Origin: an uncultured Poribacteria bacterium
Lineage (GTDB): Bacteria; Poribacteria; WGA-4E; WGA-3G
NCBI GenBank assembly: GCA_951813565.1
Contig: OX638351.1
Span: forward strand, 2,176,001 to 2,240,000
Reading direction: 5' to 3'
Length of the DNA: 64,000 nt
Position numbers and translations under genes: made by a program. Positions 42,601 through 52,753 of the stretch are shown one piece after another. Position 1 is the first letter of the stretch. Each line of letters starts with the position of its first letter. Below the pieces are notes generated by a model, which was not told the DNA's origin, did no database searches, and saw only the letters and a list, made by a program, of their open reading frames with translations.

Positions 42601-43608
42601 TCTGAGAAAACGGAGAACCTTGGGAAAGCTGGTGATGTCGTTCTTGGCACATGTGCAGCAAAGGCACTTAAACTTCTAAAACATGCCCGTATCACGGGTA
42701 ACGGCGCCTCACTTGAATCGGGTAAAAAAGCGCTTTCGTTCATGGATCGTTTTTCGGTGCCACGTGGTGCGCAGACGTGGGAATGTCCACTGTATGAACC
42801 TGATATTCTCGCTGCAGCACACGCAATCGGTGCCTATGTGGAAGCGCATGAAATCACCGGTAATAAATCATATTTGAAGCGAGCAGAATATTGGGCAGAG
42901 ACAGGGCTGCCGTTTCTTTATCATTGGCATCTTCCTGATCGCCCCGGCATGCTGTTCGCTTCCATACCGGTTTTCGGCACTACATTCTACACCCATTCTT
43001 GGCTCGGCGTGCCGGTGCAGTGGAACGGTTTGGTGTATGCCTATTATTTGCAGCGTCTAAACCAACATACACGAGATGAAAAATGGCGCAAGGTGGCTGA
43101 AGGTATAACGATAAGTGCCATGTATCAGCAGTGGACAGACGGTGAATTGAAAGGCACGTATCCTGATGGATTCTACGGTTTTTGCACTGAAGGCAAAGGC
43201 CCGCATCTTAATCCTGAAGATATTATGGTCAATGTTTATGCACTTCGTGGACTCGACCCCGGTGTTAAGACCGCAATCGCAGGTTCAATCCATTTGAGTT
43301 CTGGGGCAGTCCCCGAATCTCTAACTACATCCCGTAATGGTGAATTAAAGTGGACCCTTAACTATGCAGAAAATGAAATCAGCCATACAATGATTACCGG
43401 TTATAAACATATTCCATCTCTCATCCGTGCACAATCTGCAGAAGGTGATGGGGATAGAGATGATTCTGCATTTGACATACCTCAAGTTGATTCCCTTGAA
43501 GAGGTCACATCAGGATGGCGTTACCTACAAGAAAAAGACGCTATCCTGATAAAACAGATACACATTACTGCAGAGATGCAGTTTCAACTTATTAAAGAGG
43601 TTGAATAA
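39652..43608 (+). CDS. Large multidomain hypothetical protein (acidic disordered N-terminus, beta-sandwich/CARDB-like, alpha-toroid C-terminus)
   Basis: 1318-aa ORF; E/T/P-rich first ~190 aa; IKNVG..LAPGE; helical repeats (QTEDGSW, ITG..YL..A). Confidence 0.6.
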   Translation: MLTFFQHFLIGKMDEETQNDEEAVDQEQPESEHQNETPDPDSPEPVDENAESDTSNDAQLESDSDAPSEDTETPHPEETPETDEVSEVEVVSEVEETHEPQGTSEIEETPEVEMMPETEDIPEADRTSESEDTPVEDSPPEVEVMSETEDETSETEETSKTDETPETEETPEEEASLEVDETPAPSEPQIPYSLGESEELFDFVAMFEESKSSGAEHISANMADSAGGVTKPALFEHPSPTDSARIVYELTLPSVEENENLCLYFSIGLRDGVVFDDPQRQPGGVKFSVEIAGEQCFEAVSTACQWAENGVNLTRYAGEKVELVFITQCNVEGNSSFAWALWGQPKLLKLTRTGAASTEEGAKNPQGVPSEIQCGLAIAKLPEDRTALFEFNRDGWTPAHEIAAEIYNQLDIEPIDLTLYAAQPKLEIVSVGTTAAVVCTGEAFEIQCTIKNVGAGPVGKDSGTRLSISDIKLRRGRPSHNVKTLAPGETSTFVWYVRGVPRQTDLKFSVLLKSRALKLEERMRGVVQMRPALPKLETQVIPELHTYMDGEHVVLGNKNLRIVLVHSGEQAQPKNRKSNKKPQEKFLEGFEYYAIFVSKGSTYQQVATSKMIAEVTYRSNDTVHNLKFVPNDVQLAGNSLGESIVRLTGEHKDSDGVTWTIQLQLILTEDAKRVKAIYRLAVDGERQLLAFRGAEIYAGHKSSREKKTAALFPGLEFLEDDEPSSNVRDAAPPLNNRLVPHPYKITVPVMAVEMQKSVVGITWNPLQSWDGEAQSVSAVFASPNWHHQERNHLMGLFVPTVPEWVKENTLVAETAYQLTPKQPITIDCQIIADGNATILDAISHWTSAYGKPKPLESPRNDEEEVLLSRHGFMHTIWDEEARQSRHCVDWASHNEPGFATLLWYDYLVTKSEDVKARIKEIAEKTIADVGADGLAARGSCHILSGEFPFYYGHLDAALGYYEAEVQPIIESQTEDGSWGFQPTSEKTENLGKAGDVVLGTCAAKALKLLKHARITGNGASLESGKKALSFMDRFSVPRGAQTWECPLYEPDILAAAHAIGAYVEAHEITGNKSYLKRAEYWAETGLPFLYHWHLPDRPGMLFASIPVFGTTFYTHSWLGVPVQWNGLVYAYYLQRLNQHTRDEKWRKVAEGITISAMYQQWTDGELKGTYPDGFYGFCTEGKGPHLNPEDIMVNVYALRGLDPGVKTAIAGSIHLSSGAVPESLTTSRNGELKWTLNYAENEISHTMITGYKHIPSLIRAQSAEGDGDRDDSAFDIPQVDSLEEVTSGWRYLQEKDAILIKQIHITAEMQFQLIKEVE

Positions 43609-43748
43609 ATTACCTAAATTCTGTAAAGTGTCTAAAGTTGTATAGATTTTAGAATGGAAACGAAAGACATCGTTTTTAATGATCTGCAACCCTTTTCACA
43701 TTTACAAACTTTTTTTAGATGGGACTATGTGTCCCAATCGGAGGAAAC

Positions 43749-44090
43749 ATGAAAGCGCAAAGAATCGTATCAGCAACATTCTGTTTGGTGATGGTATCAC
43801 TATGTGTCTTCGCTATATTTACAACAACTGTTATAGCTCAAGATGATAGTGCTGCCGCAGAAGAAGCTCCACTTTTTGACTTGAAAGGTATCGCACGAGA
43901 TATTATTATAGTAGCGATCTTTAGCATTGCGGGATTAATCATTTTGATGATCGGGTATAAGGTGTTTGATATGGCAACGCCGTATGACCTCAACCGGCAG
44001 ATTGCTGAAGAGAACAACACCGCTGCAGGCATTGCGGTTGCAGGTGTTCTTGTCTCGCTCGGTATTATTGTTGCTGCTGCTATGGGGTAA
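43749..44090 (+). CDS. DUF350 membrane protein
   Basis: GYKVFD..TP.DL..QI.E.NNTAAGI; GGAGG RBS. Confidence 0.82.
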   Translation: MKAQRIVSATFCLVMVSLCVFAIFTTTVIAQDDSAAAEEAPLFDLKGIARDIIIVAIFSIAGLIILMIGYKVFDMATPYDLNRQIAEENNTAAGIAVAGVLVSLGIIVAAAMG

Positions 44091-44213
44091 CAGACCACTT
44101 AGTCTTATGTAGCGGGTAGACATGTTCTGCTCGCTACATGGACGGTGCAATGACAATCTTTGAGTTTATTTGAGAGTATGAATTTTAATCATGATTATTT
44201 CGTAAGGAGTACT

Positions 44214-44671
44214 ATGTTTAGAAAGATTTTTATTCTCGTTATGATAGTTAGCGCACCGGTGCTCAACTTAGCGTATGCGGATCCGGGAGAAACAGATGAA
44301 AGAGGCGGACATTATGACCGATTAACAGGAAAATATCACTATCATAACGCAAATCCACTTGATCAAACCACCCTTGAAATACAACAGATTGCACTTGCTG
44401 ATGCTAAACGTGATGCTATGCAAGCGGATATTTCTACTTGGTACGGTGCTGGCTTTTTATTGGTATATTTGGTATCGGTGCCGCATATGTTGTAACACCT
44501 ACTGTACCTCCACAAAATTTGCTTGGTAAATCTCCAACTTATATTATATTTTATACTGATGCGTATCAAGAAGAAGCAAAAAAACAGCGGGTTGAAGCCG
44601 CAGGTACTGGTTGTCTCGTTTGGGGCGGTGCTGTGGCGTTGTATTACCTATATACTACAGGGCAATTATAA
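44214..44671 (+). pseudogene. YHYH-motif secreted/membrane protein, frameshifted at the T-run near 44455
   Basis: PG.TD..GGH......YHYHN. The reading WYGAGF continues naturally in the other frame as IGIFGIGAAY. Confidence 0.65.
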
Positions 44672-44759
44672 TTCTTGACATAAAGCCCTACACAATTTTG
44701 TTTACCCGTTTAGTGGGAAGTAAATAAAAACAAAGGCAACTTCTATTGTAGGTAGCAAA

Positions 44760-45569
44760 ATGGAACAAACATCTTACTTGTCAGAACAAACTGTCAGTCC
44801 AGATCAAATTCAGGAATGGGTGGAGACCTTCCACCGTGACGGGTGTCTATTCCTTCAAAATGTGTTAACTCCTGACCACTGCGCGGAACTTCGGCAGGAT
44901 TTGGAGTGGTCACTTGAAAACAATCCAAATGGCTTGAACAGTGGAAATCACGAATCAACGATGCACTTGTGTCATCGCATGTTTGAGCACAGCAAGGCAA
45001 ACCTACGGTTATTTGACCTTGAACCTATTGTTTCCTTTGCTGAAGCACTTGTTGCTGGAAACTGCCATGTTATCCACAACAACTCCTTTCAAACACGTCC
45101 TGGTGGCGGAATCACCTCTTGGCACCAAGACGATGCCCCACATTACATTGTAACAGAGGGCGAACCGCCAAAAAACGTAAAACTTCCCGTGCTGCTTTTT
45201 ACCGCCAATTACTATCTCACCGATGTCACCGAGATTGAACATGGTGGAACGGAGGTTATTCCGGGGTCACATCTTTTCGGCGCATCACCTCCCAACCCGA
45301 TGAAGGGAACGGAGTGGGAAGAAAAGGTCCAATACAACCTCGGTAAAGCGGGAAGCGTGATTATGTTTAACAATCAGGTATGGCATCGGGGTGGTCCAAA
45401 TCAGACCCAACGCATCAGATACATTACGCAGGTAACTTACGCGCGCCGATTGGTTGGTCATAAATTCTATCCGTTTATGAATTATAATATGCCCGAATCA
45501 GTTTATCGGGACGCTAACCCGCGGCTACGTCGATTGTTAGGATTTCTCAATCATGGTGCTTACGGTTAA
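44760..45569 (+). CDS. Phytanoyl-CoA dioxygenase (PhyH) family Fe/2OG oxygenase
   Basis: WHQD, YLTD..GGT.VIPGSH, WHRG and R motifs. Confidence 0.88.
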   Translation: MEQTSYLSEQTVSPDQIQEWVETFHRDGCLFLQNVLTPDHCAELRQDLEWSLENNPNGLNSGNHESTMHLCHRMFEHSKANLRLFDLEPIVSFAEALVAGNCHVIHNNSFQTRPGGGITSWHQDDAPHYIVTEGEPPKNVKLPVLLFTANYYLTDVTEIEHGGTEVIPGSHLFGASPPNPMKGTEWEEKVQYNLGKAGSVIMFNNQVWHRGGPNQTQRIRYITQVTYARRLVGHKFYPFMNYNMPESVYRDANPRLRRLLGFLNHGAYG

Positions 45570-45616
45570 ACACACTTGTGTTGTATTTGCTTTTCATAGA
45601 TAGAATTTTGTCATTA

Positions 45617-45866
45617 TAACGACTTGTGCCAGTTAAGTGAAAGTTTTGTTGTTTTTCACAATTGTTCATATTTTGGAATCAACGCCAAATACGCTTTTGG
45701 CATTTGGCCGGAGCGATCTCCGAATCGCGACACGTTTGCAATCGGGAATCGGAGTTCCCTCCTACCTTGAGGACAGCAGCTATCGGAAAAGTTGCGGAAT
45801 GCAAACCCAAACAAGAGGAACATGTGAAATATAAATATACTAAATGTTAACTGGGACAACGCGTCA
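45617..45866. mobile_element. MITE-like element, family B
   Basis: Ends TAACGACTTGTGCCAGTTAA / TTAACTGGGACAACGCGTCA. Same end sequences as 60645-60977; another end at 45950-46015. Confidence 0.6.
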
Positions 45867-46027
45867 TTATAGCAAAAAAATGTTATAATATTAATGGAGA
45901 ATTCCTTACAGATTCTGCTTGCTTCATTATATCATAAAGGTTTCCTTAATAACGAGTTGTGCTAAATAACCTTTTGTATAACTTTATTTCACAAAAGAAA
46001 ATGTTCGTAAGTCATTATCATATATTT

Positions 46028-47750
46028 ATCCTACATTCCGCAGTTACGGATCTGGAAAATAAACTTTTTTGACTTCTATACCTAATATGTTGATAATTTG
46101 AGACTTTATCACTGTTATGTTCACGATAGTGCGTTGTATATGACCGTTTTGTTCTATCAATAGGACATCAATACCCTCAAACATTTGAAAGATGCGTCGG
46201 CGTGTTGGGTTCTGCGTTGACTTACCAACTTGGTTGGGTATCGTTTGTTCTTGTTTGACCAACTCGGTTTGAACCCATCGTTCCGCAAGCGCATAAACAA
46301 GCAGCGAAAGTCCCATCACCATCAGCAATGCCATGATGCGTTGGTTGTTTTTTAGATATAGACTGGCGGCAAAGAATAAAGGGTCTTTCAAAAAGCGAAA
46401 ACTGCGTTCTACAGAGATGTTCTGTGCTTTATACACATCAAGTAAAGTGGCATCGTCAAGTAAAGTTGTGTCTAACTCATTCGTGGCGAGCACAAATCTG
46501 CCTTTGCTGCGCTTGAGTTTTTCAATTGCTTCCACATTCGCAACGACTTTACCCTCAATCCGATAACGGAAGTGTGTCGGTTTATCCGTTTTGTTAGGTC
46601 GTCCCGGAGTTGTATAATGTGGAACAGAGATGATGGTGGCACAAGGTTGATGATACTTCCAAGATTTGGATATATCTGCCACAGCGGCTTCAGCAGCTGA
46701 ATAGGTGTCAAACGTTTTATGCTGCAATCGCTTGAAGGATGTCTCGGCAACCCCCTATGCTTTGGCAATCTTTTTTTCCAAAGTCGCCACTTCACGATGG
46801 GACGCTGCATCGGAATAAACAACTAACCACCTTTGAGGAACACCGCCATAGGTGCTATCAACCGAAAGATAACGATACCCATCAAGTAGTGCCGGCTGCA
46901 TCGCTTCAGTGGAGATAGTTTGATAGAGGGCTTTGACAGCTTTGATCGTCTCAGGCACACGCGTAATAAAACGCACATCACAGAGCGTCGTAATGTTATG
47001 GGCGGTATAGAGCGCACTATCCGCTACAAAATAAGGCGGTTCACTGCCACGCAGTTGCGCCAGATATGCGCGGATCGTGTCTGGGAAACTTGTTTTATCA
47101 GCCTTATTTCCATCAAGTGCTTTGAACCATACCGGGAACTGAGACCGATAAGAACAAATGAGTTGGACAACCACCTGTTTGAGGTCCCGACGCTGATCCC
47201 GACTATATCCGTGGGTGATGTGAATGGCGTGTTCATCGTCCGTTTCGGTATCATAGTCTCCATGCAAACTAAACGTGCTACTATCCAGATGGACAAAACG
47301 ATGGTCTATGTCAAATGTTGATAATGCCTTGGACGCAACTATCGCAAAAAGTTCGGTAACTCCGTTTTCATAAAGAGTATCTAAAGCACGCCCAAGACTA
47401 TCGTCCGAAAAATCGGCAGCACAGCGGTGAGACCGGACCAACAAGTCCACGGGTTTATTAGAAAAAAACTCAGGTGTCAAGTAGAGAGGGCGTGAGACAA
47501 AGCCTAAAGCATTCAAGATCATTGCGGACACAGCTTCACCCACTGAAACTTTCCGTTTCGTTAGACCAATAAAGGTATCAATCGTGTCAATCAAGTCAAT
47601 ACGATCACATACACCAGCAACAATGCCAAGATGATCTAAGCGTAGGGTTGTAAAAGTAGGTTCAGTTATGGTATCATCTCCTATTATTCAAGATACAACA
47701 GTATAACATAAATACTTAAAATCTGATTTAACAACTGCGGAATGTAGGAT
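46028..47750 (-). mobile_element. IS1634-family insertion sequence
   Basis: Perfect 18-bp TIRs ATCCTACATTCCGCAGTT at 46028-46045 and 47733-47750. Confidence 0.9.
46044..47669 (-). pseudogene. IS1634 transposase with in-frame TAG (46755-46757) and ATA at the expected start
   Basis: LDHLGIVAG, HLDSSTFS..G.Y, GYSRD.R.DLKQ, VADSALY, GRFVLATN and VERSFRFLK; both ORFs are in the same frame. Confidence 0.85.
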
Positions 47751-48210
47751 ATAAGGTAGGGTCATCCACCTATGGAGGAGGAAAAGTAAGACTTAAGGTA
47801 GTAAGCGTTTTCTGGCAAATCAACTTATACACAAAATATGAAGAGAAAAAAGAAAACACCTTTTTACGGGTGATAATTCATCAGACTTAGATGAGATTTC
47901 GGGGGCTATACATGCACTCAAATATCTAAAAGGACAAGTAGAAAATCTAAATATTGAGGGTCATTCGACGATTCCCATAATTCAAGGGGAGATCCGCAGA
48001 CTCAAGGAAACCCGCAGACTCAGACCACCCGCGAGTTTTTTAAACCATGTACTTTTGAAAATTGAATTTACTCTTGATCGCAAAATGTCAGATGGCACTC
48101 GTGGGAGTGGTATGAATCCAGACGCTATGCCAGGTAGAATAGAAGCGTGTGAGCGTATAGTGAATTTTGTACTGGAGTTAGATGCTGAAATCAAAAACGA
48201 GCACCCGTAA
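47751..48210 (+). pseudogene. Gene remnant abutting the IS1634 end
   Basis: One open frame runs from the IS end to about 47874, and a second ~120-codon frame to 48210 has no upstream start. Confidence 0.35.
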
Positions 48211-48221
48211 AGCCGAGATAT

Positions 48222-48776
48222 TTATAACAAATTCTTCCGCGAGTGAAACGTCTCCTCCCCAAACAGAGACATCTGCCCACCCGTCCTACGTTCAATAACC
48301 TGCTCCTGTGTTGCCTGCTCACTATTTTCGTCAATATGAATCACAGGCAAATCTTGATTGGTTAGGGTAGCACTAATCAGTTTAGTTCGGTGACAATGTT
48401 CCGGTTTTTCCTCAGCACACATAAGCGCAACGCGCTGCTGTTGTGAAAAAGCAGTGTGGAGACGTTCAATACCACTTTGATAGAATTCCGCATTCTTAAC
48501 TTTTTCGTAATCAACCATACCGTTCACATAGCACGATTCATCATCAGGTTTCCCACCGAGCAGATCACCCATATACACATAGCGAATACCGTGCTGTTCC
48601 AATTCATTTGCAAGCGGTTTTTTGGAAAACTCTGGTTTATAGCGTGAATACGGCACTGAGCGGACATCTATGAGATATGCAATTTTATATCGCTGTAGCA
48701 CCTCAATGAACTCTGCTATTGAACGGCTGCCATAACCTATCGTCCAGATTGGAATCGTGTCTGTTGTTATTTTCAT
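48222..48776 (-). CDS. DUF488 family protein
   Basis: TIGY, DVRS.P.SR, LGG and LMCAE..P..CHR motifs. Confidence 0.88.
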   Translation of the reverse strand: MKITTDTIPIWTIGYGSRSIAEFIEVLQRYKIAYLIDVRSVPYSRYKPEFSKKPLANELEQHGIRYVYMGDLLGGKPDDESCYVNGMVDYEKVKNAEFYQSGIERLHTAFSQQQRVALMCAEEKPEHCHRTKLISATLTNQDLPVIHIDENSEQATQEQVIERRTGGQMSLFGEETFHSRKNLL

Positions 48777-48929
48777 GAGAGTCAGATAATATCACATCCA
48801 TCGCTAAAAAACAACCAGATTTCTAATTCATCTTTAGGACTGACCAATGCCTATAGGCGTTTGGTGTTGATTCGGATTTATCCGATTGTTGAAACAGATT
48901 CAATATAAATTTGCCAATAGGTTTCCCTA

Positions 48930-48970
48930 ATCCGCGTAATCCGAGCAATCCGCGAAAATCCGCGATTCAG
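48930..48970 (+). repeat. AATCCG-type ~9-nt periodic repeat
   Basis: AATCCGCGT AATCCGAGC AATCCGCGAA AATCCGCG ATTCAG; a diverged reverse copy lies at about 208-248. Confidence 0.6.
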
Positions 48971-49077
48971 AAATTGACAAAATACGCTTGCTATCTTCGT
49001 CCGAAATCTGCTATATTTTTAAAGTTCACAGAAGTACCTTATGAGAACACACCATTTTCAAAAAGCGCGGATTTTAG

Positions 49078-51129
49078 ATGAAACACCCATTAGTTGTAAT
49101 CTTCCTCACTGTTTTAGTGATATACGTATTCATCTCCGAAGTGCCAGCACAAGACAGTGAAACTATTCCTGACAAACTTGTGCTGACATTAGACTTACTG
49201 AATTCTGGAATCGTAGTAGATTCTGGAACTGGACTTTATCCTTGGAAGTATCATCCGGGCGATAACCCAGAATGGGCAAATCCAACCTTTGATGATACCG
49301 AGTGGGAATCCATTGGTACATTAGGCACACTGGCACCTCAAAATGAACTACACGAAAGTGGGAAGAAGGGCATCGGTTGGTACAGACTACATGTATCCGT
49401 TTCTGATAAGCAGCTATGGAATGTTCCGTTGGCACTCCAGGTGATGTATCAAGCAGGGGCTTCTGAAATCTATCTTGACGGGGTGTTGATTTATGCCTTT
49501 GGTAAAGTGGGGACGCGGAAAGAGGAAGAGGAAGTTTATTGGGAGCGAAACCCACAGGTCATCTCGTTTTCCGGTGAAACTGATCATGTTATCGCAGTTC
49601 GGTATTCCAACTTCTCGTCTCCGTTTGGATTTTGGCTTGCCCTTGCACCACTGGATGAAAGTATTAAATCTCGTGTCACTATGGTTCGTCAAGGCACCAC
49701 TTTACAGATGGTATGGACAGCGATTACTGTTTTCCTCATGCTGCAGCATCTATTGCTGTTTTTCTTTTATCCCGGCGCAAGAGAAAACCTCTATTTCGCG
49801 ATATCAACTGGGAGCATCGGGGCATTTATTTTTCTCACCTTCCAATTTATTCTGTGGACGACAAGCAACACACAAATTCTGTTTTTACTTCGGCTACTTA
49901 TCTGCGTATATGTACTAATATTTGTGTCGGGAAAGTTATTCCTCTATACCCTTTTTTATCCAAAGCTGCCCAAACTCTCTTGGTTCTTTCTTACAGGATG
50001 GGTTGTTACCCTTTGTGTCAATCTATTTGATATTGATAAATACACGTTTGATATTACGAGTTCTTATTCGTCTAATTTCAGCGCAGGATTAGGAGGTAAC
50101 CTCTTACTTCTATTTACGATTTTAACGCTTTTAGAGATTGTTCGAGTTATTATTGTTGCCATCTTTAAGAAAAAAGATGGCGCGTGGATTTTTGGACTTG
50201 GTTCACTCTCGCCTTTTATCCTCCCATTCATATTCGGTTTTATCGTTTCACGAACAGGCTACGATATTACTTGGGAATTGGGAACACTCATAATATTCCT
50301 TGCGCCACTTTTTTCAATGTCGATTTATCTTGCTCGCAACTTTTCTCGAACGAGACGAAAACTTGAAACAGAGGAGCTTGAGCGACAACTCTTGGAAGTT
50401 GAAAACACGCGCAAAACAGAGGAATTGGAAGAAGCACGAAAACTCCAGATGTCAATGCTGCCGCAAGCTCCACCTGAACTTCCGAATCTTGATGTTGCTT
50501 TTGAGATGCGCCCCGCAACAGAGGTGGGCGGCGACTATTACGACTTCAATCTTACGGAGGAAGGTCGACTTACCATTGCAATCGGAGATGCTACAGGCCA
50601 CGGCATGAACGCAGGACTTGTCGTTTCTGCTGTCAAGAGCCTTTTCAAAACATCTGCACCAGGAGCAGGAAACTTAGATACACTTGAACGTATCTCACAA
50701 GGTGTTAAAAGTATGAACCTGAAAAGGTTATACATGGCAATGACGCTCGCTACGTTCAATGACAATATATTGACACTTGCAGCCGCAGGAATGCCACCGC
50801 CTCTCATCTATCGCTCAGACGAAAACATGGTAGAGGAGATACTACTTGAGGGGATGCCTTTGGGTGGGGTTATTGGTGCTGAGCGACAAGAAGCAACGTT
50901 TGAACTCCAGTCAAGGGATACTATCCTGCTTATGAGTGACGGTCTACCAGAAATGATGAATCCTAAAAACAAAATGTTGGATTATCCAAAAACGAAGGAA
51001 CTTTTTGCAGAAGTTGCGGACAAATCTCCAAAAGCAATTATCAATCATCTCTTTAAAGCGGGCACTTCGTGGGCAGACGGAGAACCACAGACAGATGATG
51101 TGACATTTGTTGTCATCAAAGTAAAATAA
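49078..51129 (+). CDS. SpoIIE/PP2C phosphatase with extracellular sugar-binding-like domain and multi-TM region
   Basis: WK..PGDN..WA..FDD..W, GWYR; 7-8 TM helices; EVGGDYYD, GDATGHG, SDG and DDVT motifs. Confidence 0.87.
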   Translation: MKHPLVVIFLTVLVIYVFISEVPAQDSETIPDKLVLTLDLLNSGIVVDSGTGLYPWKYHPGDNPEWANPTFDDTEWESIGTLGTLAPQNELHESGKKGIGWYRLHVSVSDKQLWNVPLALQVMYQAGASEIYLDGVLIYAFGKVGTRKEEEEVYWERNPQVISFSGETDHVIAVRYSNFSSPFGFWLALAPLDESIKSRVTMVRQGTTLQMVWTAITVFLMLQHLLLFFFYPGARENLYFAISTGSIGAFIFLTFQFILWTTSNTQILFLLRLLICVYVLIFVSGKLFLYTLFYPKLPKLSWFFLTGWVVTLCVNLFDIDKYTFDITSSYSSNFSAGLGGNLLLLFTILTLLEIVRVIIVAIFKKKDGAWIFGLGSLSPFILPFIFGFIVSRTGYDITWELGTLIIFLAPLFSMSIYLARNFSRTRRKLETEELERQLLEVENTRKTEELEEARKLQMSMLPQAPPELPNLDVAFEMRPATEVGGDYYDFNLTEEGRLTIAIGDATGHGMNAGLVVSAVKSLFKTSAPGAGNLDTLERISQGVKSMNLKRLYMAMTLATFNDNILTLAAAGMPPPLIYRSDENMVEEILLEGMPLGGVIGAERQEATFELQSRDTILLMSDGLPEMMNPKNKMLDYPKTKELFAEVADKSPKAIINHLFKAGTSWADGEPQTDDVTFVVIKVK

Positions 51130-51247
51130 TTGGGCGTATGCATAAAAACGGTGTCGGATTTCTACTTAAAAGTAGTAGGCACGCTCCGCGTGCCGTACAC
51201 AAATAAAGCACAATATATTACGCTATTATCCTTGCAGGAGTTCTGGC

Positions 51248-52456
51248 ATGACTACGATGATAACTTCATTTCTCAGCGAACAACAAATCGTAGACTACCA
51301 TGAAGATGGCTACCTGATTATTCGTAATGTCTTATCTGCAAAGGAAGCGGATGAACTTCGGCGCACTGTCGTACAACAAGTACAACGGGGAGCCTATCCA
51401 TCCACGCTTACATACCCTCAGCCAGCGAAATATACAGTTAGCGGTAACCGACTCGCTGATCCGGGACTCGCTGCGATTGCAGAACATCCTACGGTTATTG
51501 GGGCAGTAGAATCTGTGCTCGGTCAATCAGCATTTCTCACCGCTTATGTAGCATATCTACGAACGCCCGGAGATAAGGGTGCCGGTGCCCATTGTGACTA
51601 CAAAAGGTGGCGACCCGTCGGTTCATCAATGAACTGGGTATTTGCCATTATTCCACTGACTGATTTCAATACGGAATACGGGCCTTTTCTCGTATCCCCA
51701 AAATCACATAAATTGACGCAGATAATTGATCCAGACGCGCACATTTTAGATCTTACAAAACCCAATCCCGAAGAGTTGCTTCCGTTTATTGATCCTGAAC
51801 TCAAAGCAGGTGACTTACTCGTAGTCAATGAACATGTGTGGCATAAAGCACCTGCAGGCACTACAACTGAAGATCGGTGCGGTATCTTCAATAAATATTG
51901 TGCTGTAGACGCACCACCCGCAGCAGGGTATTATCCTTACAGTCCAGATGCATTGGACGCATTAAGCGACAATGGCAAACGCATCATTCCTGTCTGTTTT
52001 GACAAACCTATAACGACAACGCGTCTGCTCATTGAGTCTTTGTCAGGTCAAGAATCAAGATTTTTGCTGCACCACAACGTGGAGACTGGCACCTGGGAAC
52101 TACCGGGCGGCGAAGGATGGGAAGAAGAGAAATTGGTCGGTTGGGATGTCGGTTCACGAATCGGTTTGCTGCAAGAACTCACCCGAACGCAACTTGGATT
52201 AGAGGTGCCATGGATGTCCTATATTGAGGATATTGAAAATACAGATGGCGTCTGCCGCATCTACGGTTTTTCTGACAAACAACTGGAAACCGATGCACTG
52301 GCAAATGGCAACTACGATTGGTTTACAAAGTCCCAGCTGCAACATTACCTCAGTGAAAACGGCACTATCTGTCGCACAGTCGAAACTTGGCATCAATCCG
52401 GTATTATTCGCGGTAAAGGCAAAGCTTGCCATCAGAGTCGAGAGCAGTTTGCGTAG
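51248..52456 (+). CDS. PhyH-family oxygenase with C-terminal Nudix-like extension
   Basis: AHCD, WHK and DR motifs, then WELPGG..E....LGL. Confidence 0.75.
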   Translation: MTTMITSFLSEQQIVDYHEDGYLIIRNVLSAKEADELRRTVVQQVQRGAYPSTLTYPQPAKYTVSGNRLADPGLAAIAEHPTVIGAVESVLGQSAFLTAYVAYLRTPGDKGAGAHCDYKRWRPVGSSMNWVFAIIPLTDFNTEYGPFLVSPKSHKLTQIIDPDAHILDLTKPNPEELLPFIDPELKAGDLLVVNEHVWHKAPAGTTTEDRCGIFNKYCAVDAPPAAGYYPYSPDALDALSDNGKRIIPVCFDKPITTTRLLIESLSGQESRFLLHHNVETGTWELPGGEGWEEEKLVGWDVGSRIGLLQELTRTQLGLEVPWMSYIEDIENTDGVCRIYGFSDKQLETDALANGNYDWFTKSQLQHYLSENGTICRTVETWHQSGIIRGKGKACHQSREQFA

Positions 52457-52753
52457 GTTGACATGAAGACCATAGGAATCAGAACAAAACAACCAAATTT
52501 ATTGCTTGTTTCTCCAATCAAAAAATTCCTTGTTATTTATATATAGAATATGTTATATTAACTAAAACTGTGATTTTGCATGAATAGTGCATCAGTTCTG
52601 CTTTTTTTTCTAACTTTTTTGGGACAATTGTGTCTAATTCATAGAGGTATGATTGGAATTTTCTGCAAGAATATCTATATCAGGAAACTTGTGCGGTGCT
52701 TCGGGGTGACTATTCAGTAGATAGACAGGATTTGCCATAGACTAAGGTAAAAG

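Noticed and set aside
12936..46757. Amber recoding suggested by two in-frame TAGs in a similar CA-TAG-G context
   Set aside because: TAG is the natural stop of many intact genes here (e.g. 30139, 39611, 57099, 61811, 62692), and no pyl genes or suppressor tRNA are visible.
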